Assembly: GCA_965242885.1 (NCBI GenBank)
Contig: CBDETH010000008.1
Coordinates: 1,442,225 to 1,506,224 of the forward strand
Source of the DNA: a bacterium
Lineage (GTDB): Bacteria; JAAXHH01
Reading direction: 5' to 3'
DNA length: 64,000 nucleotides
Shown in pieces: positions 27,853 to 39,000 of the stretch; within the stretch, counting starts at the first letter, position 1, and every line of letters starts with the position of its first letter. The notes beneath the pieces were generated by a model that was given only the letters and a program-made list of their open reading frames with translations, ran no database searches and was not told where the DNA came from. The position numbers were made by a program, and so were the translations under genes.

Positions 27853-28974
27853 CTATCCCCGCAACACCTCTTCGTAGTAGGCTTCGTATTTCGGGACCAC
27901 GGCCTCTTCCGCGAAGTTATCCAGCACCCGTTGCCGGGCCTTCCGTCCGACCGCCTCTCGCAAGCCGTCGTTTGCAAGCAGGTCCGTGGCGTGCCGGGCC
28001 ATCTGCCCGATGTCGCCCACTTCGGTGATGTAGCCCGTTTCCCCGTGGCGTACGAGTTCCGGCAGGCCGCCGGCGTTGGCGCCGATCACCGGGACGCCGC
28101 AACTCATCGCCTCCAGGGCCGACAGGCCGAAGCTCTCCTGTTCGCTGGGAAGCAGGTACAGGTCGGAACAGGAAAGAATCCGGTCCACTCCCTCCTGCTC
28201 TCCCATAAAGACCACGCCGTCCTCCAGGCCCAGTTCCCGGGCCAGTTCCTGCATGGGGATGCGCTCCGGACCTTCCCCCACGAGCAGCAGCTTGCACTTG
28301 ACTACTCGCCGCACCTCCGCGTACATGCGGATGATGTCCCCGATGCGCTTGACCGGCCGGAAATTCGAGACGTGCGCGATGACCTTCTCGTCATCGTCGA
28401 CGAAATTGCTGATGTCGCAGTGGCCGTCCCCCCTGCGGAACCGTTCGACGTCGACGAAATTGGGGATCACACGGATGTCCTTATCGATGTCGAAGAGGGA
28501 CAGCGTGTCGCGCTTGAGGGACTCGGAGACCGCCGTGACCCCCTGGCTTTCCTCGATGCTGAACCGGGTGATCCGGTAGAAGGACTTGTCGCTTCCCACG
28601 AGGGTGATATCGGTGCCGTGCAGGGTCGTGATGACCTTGACGTCCCGGTCGCGCAGCATGTGCCGCGCCAGGAAGGCGCAGGTGGCGTGGGGCACGGCGT
28701 AGTGCACGTGCAGGATATCCAGATTCGCCTCGGAGGCCACGTCCGCCATTTTCGCCGCGAGCGCGAGGGTGTAGGGCGGGTACTTGAACAGCGGGTAGGG
28801 CATGACCTCCACGTTGTGGAAGGAGATGTTCTGGCTGTATTCCTGCAGGCGGAAGGGGATCGAATAGCTCACGAAATGGACCCTGTGCCCCTTCCGGGCC
28901 AGTGCCTGTCCCAGCTCGGCGGCGATGGCGCCGCTTCCTCCGTAGGTGGGATAGCAGGTGATGCCGATGTTCAT
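27853..28974 (-). CDS. bshA: N-acetyl-alpha-D-glucosaminyl L-malate synthase (GT4 glycosyltransferase)
   Basis: N-terminus MNIGITCYPTYGGSGAIAAELGQALARKGHRVHFVSYSIPFRL is near-colinear with Bacillus BshA ([43 protein letters not shown]); GT4 C-terminal domain. Confidence 0.8.
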   Translation of the reverse strand: MNIGITCYPTYGGSGAIAAELGQALARKGHRVHFVSYSIPFRLQEYSQNISFHNVEVMPYPLFKYPPYTLALAAKMADVASEANLDILHVHYAVPHATCAFLARHMLRDRDVKVITTLHGTDITLVGSDKSFYRITRFSIEESQGVTAVSESLKRDTLSLFDIDKDIRVIPNFVDVERFRRGDGHCDISNFVDDDEKVIAHVSNFRPVKRIGDIIRMYAEVRRVVKCKLLLVGEGPERIPMQELARELGLEDGVVFMGEQEGVDRILSCSDLYLLPSEQESFGLSALEAMSCGVPVIGANAGGLPELVRHGETGYITEVGDIGQMARHATDLLANDGLREAVGRKARQRVLDNFAEEAVVPKYEAYYEEVLRG

Positions 28975-29702
28975 CGGTTTCCGCCTCTGCCCACGAAATG
29001 GGCCAGGGGATCGTCGACCTGAAGGTACTCCCGGACGACGAAAGGCTCTCCGTACCGCGCGCCGATCAGCTGTCCGTAGTAACGGCTCTGGGCTTCCACC
29101 TCCTCGAGGAACTCGGGCCGGCTGATGAAGGTCTCCGGCTCGGTAGAGTCCGGGTCGTGGAACTGCGACCGGTGGGCCTTCACCGCCTCGATTTTCCGGC
29201 TGAACGTCGACGTGATGTCGACGATAAAGGAAGGCCGGGGTTCCCGGTAGCGGTGGTGGGTAAGGTAGAAGACCACCTTCCGGGGCCTGAAGGCCGGGTG
29301 GTCCGTCTCGAGTTTCTCCAGACCGGCCAGAAAGGCCGCGTCCCGGGCCAGCCGGGCGGTCGCCCCGTGATCGGGATGGCGGGCGACCTCGTGAGGTACG
29401 AGGAGCATATCGGGCTTGTACCGGCGAATGGCGTCGATGAGGGCGTCGCGGTGCGTCGGGCTGGTGCCGACTCGGGCGTCCGGCAATTCGAGGTTCAGCC
29501 TTTCGGACAAGCCGAGCACTTCCGCCGCCGCCGCCGCTTCCCCTTTCCGTCCGTCGACCGTTCCCCGGGTACCCATCTCGCCCAGGCTCATGTCGACGAT
29601 ACCGGTGGCATATCCCAGGTCGGCGAACCGGATCATCAGTCCGCCGCAGTGCAGCTCCACGTCGTCCGGGTGCGGGGATACGGCAAGCACATCGAGTTTC
29701 AT
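28971..29702 (-). CDS. bshB1: N-acetyl-alpha-D-glucosaminyl L-malate deacetylase (PIG-L/LmbE family)
   Basis: LAVSPHPDDVELHCGG ... YKPDMLLVPHEVARHPDH motifs of LmbE-type deacetylases; colinear with BshB1; 4-nt overlaps with both bshA and bshC. Confidence 0.75.
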   Translation of the reverse strand: MKLDVLAVSPHPDDVELHCGGLMIRFADLGYATGIVDMSLGEMGTRGTVDGRKGEAAAAAEVLGLSERLNLELPDARVGTSPTHRDALIDAIRRYKPDMLLVPHEVARHPDHGATARLARDAAFLAGLEKLETDHPAFRPRKVVFYLTHHRYREPRPSFIVDITSTFSRKIEAVKAHRSQFHDPDSTEPETFISRPEFLEEVEAQSRYYGQLIGARYGEPFVVREYLQVDDPLAHFVGRGGNR

Positions 29703-31333
29703 AACGGGGTCATCCTGTGTCTGAAGTCCGTTTCGTCCGTGGCCTCGATGAGGGTATTCATGACGTCGAAACCGTGAAGGGCGACGTACTGCCAGATGTT
29801 GGCCACCCGTTCCTGGAGGTGCCCGTTGGGATACAACAGGCGGTCCGCCCGCATGATCTGTCCGCGCATGACCCCGTCCGCCTTCTTCAGGGCGCGGAGC
29901 GTCTTTTCTTCCAATCTGCCCAGGGCGAAGCGGGTCTTCCGCTCCGAGGCCTCGACGATCCGGCTCAGCCCGGGGTCGATGGAAGTCACGTGCCCTTTGA
30001 GGTTTCTGTAGTGGGCTTCCACGTCGCCCCGTGCGGCCCGGAGACCCTCGGTGACCGGTACCGGCATCTCTTCCCGGAGTTTCCGGTCGACCACGGATTC
30101 GATGCCCTGGACGAAATGGGAGATCGCGAGGCCGTGTTTCTCCAGGATCCGGGCGGTCCTCGCGCCCACCAGCGTATGGGACGCGCGGGGATAGACCACG
30201 GGGAAGGGCAGGCCGAACTGCCGGTAGACCCCGCCGAGCTGGCCATAGTAGGCGATTTCCGCCGGACCGCCGATATAGGTCAGCGTCGGAAACAGCGTGT
30301 CCTGCACCAGGGGCCGGGTGATGACGTTGTGCGTGAACCGACCGGGCGTATCCTTAAGTATCCCTAGCAGTTCCTCGCCGCTAAAGGAGAGGCCTTCGTC
30401 CCGGCTGCTGAACCGCCCGTCCTCGTAGCGCAGGGCATTGCGCTGCCCGTCCTGGTACAGAAACAAGTTCACCGCGTCCTGGGACCGGGAGACCTGAGGA
30501 TGAAACCCGGCGTGCTCCAGATCGCGGGACGCCTCCAGGACCGAACGGGTAGTCGTGAGCGGTGCGCGGATTTCCTGCTCGAAAACGGGACGCATAAGGG
30601 GTTTCAGCGCCGGGTCGGTGGGGTCGACGAGGACCAGGCCATGGTCCCGGAACAGCAGCGTCATGAGACGAGCGAAGGCATCGGACAGCGAAGTCCCGGC
30701 CGTACAGTGCCGCCGAAGCGCCTCGATGGCGGACGGGCGGTATTCCGAGTCGGGCAGGGCCTCGGCGAACTGCCCGAGCAGCGTTTCGATTTCGGGTCCG
30801 AGCAGGCGGTCGCTCGCGGACCGGCGATCGGCGGGGTCGTCGGGGCTCAGTTCGAACCTGAGGGCGTCCCCGTCCGTCCGGCAGACGTGGACATGGTTGA
30901 TTTCGGCGTAGTCATGGTCGTCGGCGGCCATCCAGAAGACGGGCACGGCCCGCACGCCGGTTTCCTCAGAGACCCTTTTCGCCAGCTTGACCGCCGTTAC
31001 AGCCTTGTAGATGGTGAACAGGGGACCGGTCAACAGGCCCGTCTGCTGTCCGGTGGATACGACGAAGGTATCGTCCCCGGCGAGGGAACGGGCGTTGGCC
31101 AGGACCGTCTCGTCCGCTCCGAACCGGCCGTTCTGGACCTCGAGAATCCTGGCGAGCGCCTTTCTCGGCGGCGGCGCGGCGCGGGACTGGACGGCCTCGA
31201 TCATGCGCGGCCATACATCCGGATCGCGTGGATCGTGGGTGTAGAAAGGCCGCAACGACTCGAAGTCTTCGAGAAAGGTATGCAGCAGGTGGTCCGGCAA
31301 CACCTGTCGGTAGTCCACTGCATGATTGTTCAT
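29699..31333 (-). CDS. bshC: Bacillithiol biosynthesis cysteine-adding enzyme
   Basis: BshC signature VVSTGQQTGLLTGPLFTIYKAVTAVKLAK; about 545 aa from ATG 31333 (MNNHAVDY...). The ORF frame extends upstream to 31507 without homology. Confidence 0.75.
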   Translation of the reverse strand: MNNHAVDYRQVLPDHLLHTFLEDFESLRPFYTHDPRDPDVWPRMIEAVQSRAAPPPRKALARILEVQNGRFGADETVLANARSLAGDDTFVVSTGQQTGLLTGPLFTIYKAVTAVKLAKRVSEETGVRAVPVFWMAADDHDYAEINHVHVCRTDGDALRFELSPDDPADRRSASDRLLGPEIETLLGQFAEALPDSEYRPSAIEALRRHCTAGTSLSDAFARLMTLLFRDHGLVLVDPTDPALKPLMRPVFEQEIRAPLTTTRSVLEASRDLEHAGFHPQVSRSQDAVNLFLYQDGQRNALRYEDGRFSSRDEGLSFSGEELLGILKDTPGRFTHNVITRPLVQDTLFPTLTYIGGPAEIAYYGQLGGVYRQFGLPFPVVYPRASHTLVGARTARILEKHGLAISHFVQGIESVVDRKLREEMPVPVTEGLRAARGDVEAHYRNLKGHVTSIDPGLSRIVEASERKTRFALGRLEEKTLRALKKADGVMRGQIMRADRLLYPNGHLQERVANIWQYVALHGFDVMNTLIEATDETDFRHRMTPL

Positions 31334-33876
31334 GTAACCGGCCTTGTTCGGCGCTTTTCCATGATGAGCAGGTAGGCGGGCAGCGCGACCAGGGCTGTCG
31401 CCAGCGTGGCGATCTCTCCCACGTTGGCCATGATCCCGAAGGAATGCAGGCCCCGGTTGGACGTGAGCATGAGCGAGGTGTACCCGATCAGCGTCGTGGA
31501 CGAGCACATGACCAGGGCCGCGCCCGTATGCTGTACCATATTACCGATGGAACCCCGTCCGTCAAGGCGGTAGCGTTGATACAGGTTCACGCTGTAGTCT
31601 ACCCCGATGCCCAGCGTAGTGGGTATGACGATGAAGTTGAAGAAGTTCACCTTGATGTCGAAGAGCGCGATGAAGCCGCCCATAACCAGCATGCCGCCCA
31701 GCAGGGACGCCAGGATGACCACCGACGCGTGGATGCTTCGGAAGGCCAGTACGAGGAGCGTGATCACGCCCACGAAGCAGGCGATGGTGGCGATGGGCCC
31801 GTCGCTGTCCACGGCCTTCAGCATGTCGGCGAAGACCACGGCCTCTCCGGAAGAATAGATGACTTCATCGTCCGGAAGTTGGTTGGAACGGACGACCTCC
31901 GCGAACCGGATCAGGTTCCGGCCGTTCCAGAGCCCGGCGTCCGACCGCGGGTAAACGTAGATCAGCCTGCCCACCGTCCCGTCCCGCTCCTCGTAGGGCC
32001 GCGTTAGCGCTTCGGGCAGGTCGTCCACGGTGATCCCGTCCAGGCTCAGGTTGTCGCGGAAATCGTTGATCTTCGCGAGCTGGTCGGGCGGTATGCCGAG
32101 TTCGTCGGGCGGATTCGTGTCGAGCATGTACTCGATGTCCCAGAGGACGTCGATCTTGTCCTCCTGGTCCTCCGGCAGCAGGTCGTAAATGGTCCGGACC
32201 CGGTCGATGGTCGGATTGGGCACTTCCTTTTCGGCCTCTTTCTTGTCCAGCACGGCCCGGCGTATGCCCGGCACCTGGTCCAGGCGGTCCGCCAGGATGA
32301 CGGCAGGCGACTGCGATATGCCGAAGAGGGCGTTGACGCGGTGGTTGAGGATCCGCTCGTAAGTGTCGCCCCGCGGCTCGTTGCGCAGCTTCGAGAAGTC
32401 GTACTCGAAGGAGTTCGGAAGCCACCACACCAGCAGGGCGGCGCCCAGCACGACCAGGGAGAAACTCGTGCCCACCACGGCCCGCGGCTTCTTCTGCACC
32501 AGGTTGGCGAGACGGCTCATCGACCTGCCCCGGGAAACCTTCCGGGTCCAGGTCTTCCGTCCGAAGGCGGTGCGGTCCCAGAGCATCAGCAGCGCCGGCA
32601 GGATCGAGAAGGTCGAAAGCCAGCACAGTAGCATGCCCAGGCCGCCGATAAACCCGAAATGGTTGAAGCCCCGGAAATCGGTGATCATGAGGGTACCGTA
32701 GGCCAGGCCGGTGGACGCCGCCGAGGTGACCGTCGCCGTGAGCGTGTTCCGGAAGGCGATCTGCACGCCGTCCCGGGCGTTCTCTCCCCGCAGCCGCTCT
32801 TCCTTGTACCGGGACATCAGGATCAGGCCGTAGTTGATGCCGTTCCCAATGATGATGGCGCCCAGGAAGGCGGTCTGCATGTTCAGGTAGCCGATGCGGA
32901 AGTAGGTCAGGCAGAACGTCCAGAGGATGCCGACGACCACGACCAGCGTGATGTTGATGACCGGGACGATTGTACGGAAGTAGAGGAAGATGGCCAGGGC
33001 GACCAGTGACAGCGTGACGCCGGCCGACGTGAAGATCTCCCGGTTTACGGACTCGTACTGATCGAGGATCAAGCGGTACTTGCCGGTGAGCCCGACCTTC
33101 AGCGACGGGTGGTAGGACGCGGGTTCGAGGCCTTCCGCGATGGCCAGGACCCGTTCGCACAGGTCTCGCGAGAAGGACACGCCGGTCGACGACCCGAAGG
33201 GTTTCAGCACCATGACGAGAAACTGCCCCTGCTCGTCCTGTCCCGTGAAATAACCGTCGACCCACTTGTCCAGCTTCTCCGACGCCTGTTTCTCGTACTT
33301 CTCCTCCAGGTCGCTCACGGTGAACGGTTCGTCTTCCGTCTCCAGGCCGAGGTCTTCCTCGGAAACGAAAAGGGGATTCTGTTCCAGTTTCGTCTTCAGG
33401 ATCTGCCGGCTCAGCCGGCTCTGGATCTCTTCCAGGTCCTCCAGGTCGGCGTACAGGTACTTGTGGTTTTCGTAGAACCGCTTTTCGTCGTCCACCCTGT
33501 ACTCGATGTAACGGACATATCCTTCCGGGAGATCGGACCGGAGCCGGCCGGCGAGGTCGTCGGCGTACCGCCGGGCGGCGGCCAGGTCTTCCGTTTCAAT
33601 TACGACCGTCAGGTTGCCGATGCCGCCGACACGCTCCGTGAGCCGGTGTATGTCGTCGACGCTCCGGTAGCCTTCGGGGAGCAGTTCGACAAAGTCGGTT
33701 TTCAGCTGAAGTCTGGAGGCGAAATGGACGGAAAGCAGGGCGGAAAGCAGCGCGAACAGCAGGACCTTTGCCGGATGGCGGCAGATGAAGGCGATGTACC
33801 TGTTCAGGAAGCGGTCTAGGGCGGCTCTGGTTTCGGCCTTCACGGTGCATTCCTCGTGTGAAACGCGCGCATCCAA
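31330..33876 (-). CDS. MMPL / RND-superfamily exporter (HpnN-like, 12-TM with two large periplasmic loops)
   Basis: 848 aa. Two 6-TM bundles (SSD-like), each preceded by a large soluble loop. Its stop overlaps the bshC start (ATGA). The start codon is uncertain: TTG at 33876 or GTG at 33840. Confidence 0.7.
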   Translation of the reverse strand: MDARVSHEECTVKAETRAALDRFLNRYIAFICRHPAKVLLFALLSALLSVHFASRLQLKTDFVELLPEGYRSVDDIHRLTERVGGIGNLTVVIETEDLAAARRYADDLAGRLRSDLPEGYVRYIEYRVDDEKRFYENHKYLYADLEDLEEIQSRLSRQILKTKLEQNPLFVSEEDLGLETEDEPFTVSDLEEKYEKQASEKLDKWVDGYFTGQDEQGQFLVMVLKPFGSSTGVSFSRDLCERVLAIAEGLEPASYHPSLKVGLTGKYRLILDQYESVNREIFTSAGVTLSLVALAIFLYFRTIVPVINITLVVVVGILWTFCLTYFRIGYLNMQTAFLGAIIIGNGINYGLILMSRYKEERLRGENARDGVQIAFRNTLTATVTSAASTGLAYGTLMITDFRGFNHFGFIGGLGMLLCWLSTFSILPALLMLWDRTAFGRKTWTRKVSRGRSMSRLANLVQKKPRAVVGTSFSLVVLGAALLVWWLPNSFEYDFSKLRNEPRGDTYERILNHRVNALFGISQSPAVILADRLDQVPGIRRAVLDKKEAEKEVPNPTIDRVRTIYDLLPEDQEDKIDVLWDIEYMLDTNPPDELGIPPDQLAKINDFRDNLSLDGITVDDLPEALTRPYEERDGTVGRLIYVYPRSDAGLWNGRNLIRFAEVVRSNQLPDDEVIYSSGEAVVFADMLKAVDSDGPIATIACFVGVITLLVLAFRSIHASVVILASLLGGMLVMGGFIALFDIKVNFFNFIVIPTTLGIGVDYSVNLYQRYRLDGRGSIGNMVQHTGAALVMCSSTTLIGYTSLMLTSNRGLHSFGIMANVGEIATLATALVALPAYLLIMEKRRTRPVT

Positions 33877-34079
33877 GGTATGGAAATATCCCCGTAAACC
33901 ACTGGGGTGTCAACCACTAAAACCGCTAGAACAACGGGGCGGAAGGACTTCGTAGAAAGGCGTTTTTCTTTGACTTATCCCGTGCACGACCTTACATATG
34001 CTGGACCCGTATTTTTAACACAATCCATTGCTGAAAACGCACGGACCGTTCTCCGCCCACTACATTTTCCGCCTACTCC

Positions 34080-36074
34080 ATGGCCTCAGTACAGCAAAGT
34101 GTTTCCGCCTCCGCTGTCCGTGCGACCGCGACCCGGATCATTACGCCGCGGTCCATTCTCCTGGGCCTGCTGAGCGTCGTCCTGATCTCCCTCATCGTCC
34201 CCTATTTCCAGTACACCATGGCCTCGTCCCAGCTGGGCGCGGATCATCTCCACATCGGCGCGCTGTTTCTGGCCTTCGGGTACCTGGTCGTTTTCAACGT
34301 GGTGCTGGCCAGGTGGAAGAAGGACTGGGCCCTCACGCCCCACGAGTTCGTCATACCCCTGGTCATGGGCATGGCGGCATCGGGGCTGACGACCAACGGC
34401 ATGGGCGCCCCGTTCATCTCCACGCTGATGGCACCCTACCTGCTGGCGACGCCCGAGAACCAGTGGGCCGAGTACTTCTACCCGTACCTGCAACCCTGGG
34501 CGACGGTCACGAACCAGGGCAACGCCCTCACGTGGCTGGTAGACGGTATACCGCCCGGCGTGTCCATTCCCTGGAGCGTGTGGGGCATTCCGCTGTTCTG
34601 GTGGCTGACTTTCATCGTCCCGGTCATCTTCATGGGCCTGTGTCTCGTGGTCATCCTCAGGCGGCAGTGGGTCGAACACGAGAAGCTTGTCTTTCCCATG
34701 ATGCAGATCCCCCTCGCCTTCACCCGCGGCATGGAGTCGCCGAGCCGCGTCCCGGCCTTTCTCTCGGAGAAGCGGTTCTGGATCGGCTTTTCCATCCCCT
34801 TCTGCGTGATGATGTACAACATTGTCGGGTTCTTCACCCCGGTCGTGCCCCAGTTCCCCTATTTCGGGTCGGCGCCGCCCATCGTATTCGGCGAGGGATT
34901 CCCCCCGCTGGAAATCAACTTCCGCCCGGCCATCCTGGGCATTTCCTATTTCGTCAATTTGGATGTCCTCGCCGGTTTCTGGGTGTTCTACATGATCGGG
35001 ATCATCCAGGTGGGCATCGCCCACCGGATCGGGTACGACATCCCGGGACGGGACAACTACACCTCGATCCATCCCATGCTGGACTGGCAGAACATGGGCG
35101 CGTTCATCCTGTTCGTGGGATGGGGGCTGTGGCGGGCGCGGTTTCACATCCGCGCCGTGTGCTCACAGGCCTTCGGCCGCCGGTCGGACCTGGATGACTC
35201 GGACGAGATGCTGCCCTACCGGGTCGCGGTTTTCGGGTTCATCGGAGGCTTCGTCTACGGGGTGGTCTGGCTGAACCAGCTGGGCATGGGCGTACCCATT
35301 GCCGTGTTCCTCCTCGCCGGGGTATTCATCATCTACATCGGCGTATCCCGCATCATCGCCGAGGCCGGGCTGCCCTACGTGCGTTCGCCCATGATCGCCC
35401 AGGTGCTCGTGTTCTATTCGGTCGGGTCGGCCAACCTTTCCATGTCCACCATGACGGCCATGGCCCAGACGTACGGACCCGTCAGCGAGATCAAGTCTAC
35501 CTTCATGCCCGCCTTCATGCAGGCGGCCAAGCTATCCGAGATCGGCACGCGCTGGCAGCGCGGCCTGGGTTGGTCGCTCCTGTCCGCCGCGGTGATCGGC
35601 GTGGTGATCTCGCTGGTCTGGACGATCTACCTGGGGTTCGACCTGGGCACGCGCCAGTTCACCAACGGCTGGTGGTTCGGCCGGATCGGATCGACCATCC
35701 CCTATAATGAAACGCTCACCAAGATGCGGGACCCCTTCGGGCCCGACACGTCGCGGCTCATGTTCTTCCTGGTGGGCGGTGCGCTCATGTTTCTGCTCAT
35801 GACGCTGCGGGCCCGGCTGCCGGGCTGGCCGCTGCATCCCCTCGGGTTCTTCCTTTCATACTCCTGGCCCGCCCGGGCGATCGTCTCGTCCATGTTCGTG
35901 TGCTGGGTCATCAAGAGCATCATGATGTGGGTCGGCGGCATCGAACTGTACCGGAAGGGGCAGCCCTTCTTCCTGGGCCTGATCTTCGGCGTGGTCACCG
36001 GCGTGGTCATCTCCATGTTCGTCGACTACGTGTGGTTTCCCCACGCAGGTCATCACATCTACGGGATAGACTAG
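34080..36074 (+). CDS. Polytopic integral membrane protein, uncharacterised family, paralog B (664 aa)
   Basis: Colinear with paralog A (ILRRQWVEHEKLVFP, IAEAGLPY, GWPLHPLG, GQPFFLG). Its stop TAG lies 1 nt before the GTG start of the downstream fusion gene. Confidence 0.6.
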   Translation: MASVQQSVSASAVRATATRIITPRSILLGLLSVVLISLIVPYFQYTMASSQLGADHLHIGALFLAFGYLVVFNVVLARWKKDWALTPHEFVIPLVMGMAASGLTTNGMGAPFISTLMAPYLLATPENQWAEYFYPYLQPWATVTNQGNALTWLVDGIPPGVSIPWSVWGIPLFWWLTFIVPVIFMGLCLVVILRRQWVEHEKLVFPMMQIPLAFTRGMESPSRVPAFLSEKRFWIGFSIPFCVMMYNIVGFFTPVVPQFPYFGSAPPIVFGEGFPPLEINFRPAILGISYFVNLDVLAGFWVFYMIGIIQVGIAHRIGYDIPGRDNYTSIHPMLDWQNMGAFILFVGWGLWRARFHIRAVCSQAFGRRSDLDDSDEMLPYRVAVFGFIGGFVYGVVWLNQLGMGVPIAVFLLAGVFIIYIGVSRIIAEAGLPYVRSPMIAQVLVFYSVGSANLSMSTMTAMAQTYGPVSEIKSTFMPAFMQAAKLSEIGTRWQRGLGWSLLSAAVIGVVISLVWTIYLGFDLGTRQFTNGWWFGRIGSTIPYNETLTKMRDPFGPDTSRLMFFLVGGALMFLLMTLRARLPGWPLHPLGFFLSYSWPARAIVSSMFVCWVIKSIMMWVGGIELYRKGQPFFLGLIFGVVTGVVISMFVDYVWFPHAGHHIYGID

Positions 36075-36075
36075 C

Positions 36076-39000
36076 GTGTATTCGCGGATATTCGGTTTTT
36101 TCTTCCTCGCCGTGGGCGTCCTGTTGTTCCTCGCCGTGGCCGTCGCCGGCCCGGCCTGGGTGACAGAGCACGTGATCCTCAGGATCGTCTCCATTCCGGA
36201 AGACGTGCCGCCCAGGCCCCTCGAGGAAGCGCCGGTGTCCTGGGAGGAAGTTTCCGAAATCGTTACGCGGGAGCGTGTGGAGGCTCATGTCCGGGCGATG
36301 AGCGAGAACCCGTCGCGCGTCGTCGGCTATCCGGGAAACCGGGCGGCCATGGAATACGTGGTCGATGCCTTCCGTGCCGGAGGCCTGGCAGAGGTCACGG
36401 TCGACACCTTCACGGTATCCTCGCCCGTCGACCATGGTTTCACGCTGACCGTGCACGACGCCGTGGAGACCGAGATACCGGTGTATCAGTTCTGGCCCAA
36501 CCTGGTCCGGCTGAATTCCTTTCCTGACGGGATCCGGGGACCCCTGCACTACGGCCAGCGGGGCGAATTCCAGGCCTTCAACGGGAAAGAGATCGAGGGC
36601 AGCATCGTCCTGGTCGATTTCGACGGGCGCGACCAGTACCTCAACGCGCGGATGCTCGGAGCCCGGGCCGTGCTGTTCCACGACAGCGGCCCCGGTTCCG
36701 TGACCAACAACCAGGCCCAGCGCAAGATCCTGGACGTGCCCGCCGACGTGCCGCGCTTCTGGGTCCCGGACCCCCACGCCGCCGCTGTCCTGGCGGCCGC
36801 GCGGTCCGGCGATGTCGAAGTGACGATCCGTGGACACATGACGTGGGAACGGGCCGAGACCTGGAACGTCATGGGGTGGATACCGGGCCGGGACGAACCG
36901 CTGCCGGGGAGCGACGGCACGGAGAAATGGAAAGACCGGATCGTCGTGCTGTCGGCGTTCTACGACGCCATGTCGGTCGTACCCGGTCTGGCGCCGGGCG
37001 CCGAGAGCGCGGGGGGTATCGCCGCCATGCTGGAGCTGATGGACGTGCTCCGGGCCCATCCGCCGGGATACACCGTGCTGTTCCTGGCCACGTCCGCCCA
37101 TTTCCACGGGCTGCAGGGCGTAAACGACTTCCTGGACCGGCACCAGCGAAAGGACGAGTTCTTCCTGGAACGGATCCCCGAAGAGGACCGGATCCCCTTC
37201 GACCTGTTCCTGGGCCTGGACCTCACCAGCAGGGCGGACCAGGTCGGCCTGTTCAGCTACGGCGATTTCATCTTCTTCACCTCGAATCTGGATATCCTGT
37301 ACGAACCCTATGCGGACCGGTACCTGAATTACGCGCGCAAGGCCGGGGTCCACGATGATGAGGATAGCCGGACGGCCTATCTCAACACGCTGACGCACCC
37401 GCTCCGGTCGCAGGAAAGCTTCATGCCCGCCGGTCCCGCCTTCGACCACGAGATGGTCACGCTCGCCGGGCTCCACGGCATGACCTTCGCCACGGTAAAC
37501 GACAACAGACTCCTCATCGACACCCCGAAGGACCGGATCGAGTACGTCGATTTCCCCAACCTGGTCCGGCAGATCCGAACGCTGGGCACGCTGCTGCCGG
37601 CCATGCTGTCCGATCCCGTGGCCTTCGACGTGGACGAGTCGATTCGGCTCAAGGACGAGGGCCGCGACATTGAAGGCCGGGTCCTCGAATTCGACCGAAC
37701 GGTGGATTTCTTCAAGCCCAATACCCCGGTCTCCGACGCCCTGGTCGTCTACGAGCCCGGATACCAGAGCCACAGCGGCGTTCGTGGGTTCATGGTTACC
37801 CACGCCGACTCGCTGGGGCATTTCCGGCACTCCATGGTCCGGTTCCCCCGGGGACCGACGGAACTGCGCAGTTACGGCCTCGCCGCCGACGGCCGGATCG
37901 TGTACGCCCCCGACCTCGGTGAAGAAGGCAACGCCACCTTTCCCCTCGCGGTGCCGAACTCATCCAAGGTGAACAATACCATACAGGTCCTCTTCCCCTG
38001 CGAGGAGATCAACCTCTTCGATATCGTGGACCCCGGCGTCTTCGTCGCCCTCGACAACCTGACCGTACTCGGCCGGGACAACAGCCCGCTGCGCAAGTAC
38101 GGCGCGGCCTTCGTGGAAGACCAGAGTTTCTTCGGCAACTGGATGACCAACGCCGCGGTGGTCTTCGCCCGGCCCGAGGACCGGGTCAAGATGTTCATGA
38201 GCTCGGGTCCCCGGGGTGTCAAGTACCTGCTGACCAACACGCCCGAATCGTGGCTCGACGAACCGCCGGTAAGCATCTCGGACGACGCCATGGCCCTGGC
38301 CCAGGGACGGGGATTCACGGCGGACCAGGGCCTGATCCTCTACCCCTTCTACCAGAGCGCCCTGGACCTGTGGTCGCTCAACCGGGCCCGCCTGATGAAA
38401 CTGGAGGATCACGGCGTGACCAACGCCCGGGCCGCCGAGCTGCACGAGGAGAGCACCGAAGCGCTTCGGGCCGCCCGGGAGGCCCTGGAGAACCGCCGAT
38501 ACGACGCCTTCGCCGCGCGGTCGAGAGAGGCGTGGGGCTTCGAGGCGCGGGCTTATCCCGACGTGCGGTACGCCGCGGACGATACGGTGGACGGCATCGT
38601 GTTCTACTTCATGCTGCTGGTCCCCTTCTGTTTCTTCCTCGAACGGCTTTTCTTCGGTTTCACGGACATTCGGAAGCGGCTGGCCTCGGTGGGCGTCATC
38701 TTCGCGGCGGTCTTCATGCTGCTGCAGAACGTGCACCCCGCCTTCCAACTCAGCCTGACGCCGTACATGGTCTTTCTCGCCTTCCTCATCCTGGCCATGG
38801 CGCTGATCATCATCACCATGATCGTCACCCGGTTCGACACCGAGATGAAGAACCTGACCCGGTCTGCGGCCGGCCTCCACGAGGCGGACATCGGCCGGCT
38901 GAGCGCCACGGCCGTGGCCATTTCCCTGGGGATATCGAACCTGCGCAAGCGGAAGATGCGCACGGCGCTGACCGCGGTCACGCTGACCCTGCTGACCTTC

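Noticed and set aside
29699-31507. Longer 602-aa version of bshC starting at 31507
   Set aside because: The first 58 residues lack homology and would overlap the MMPL gene by ~180 bp. The ATG at 31333 gives a BshC-typical length and a clean ATGA overlap with the MMPL stop.
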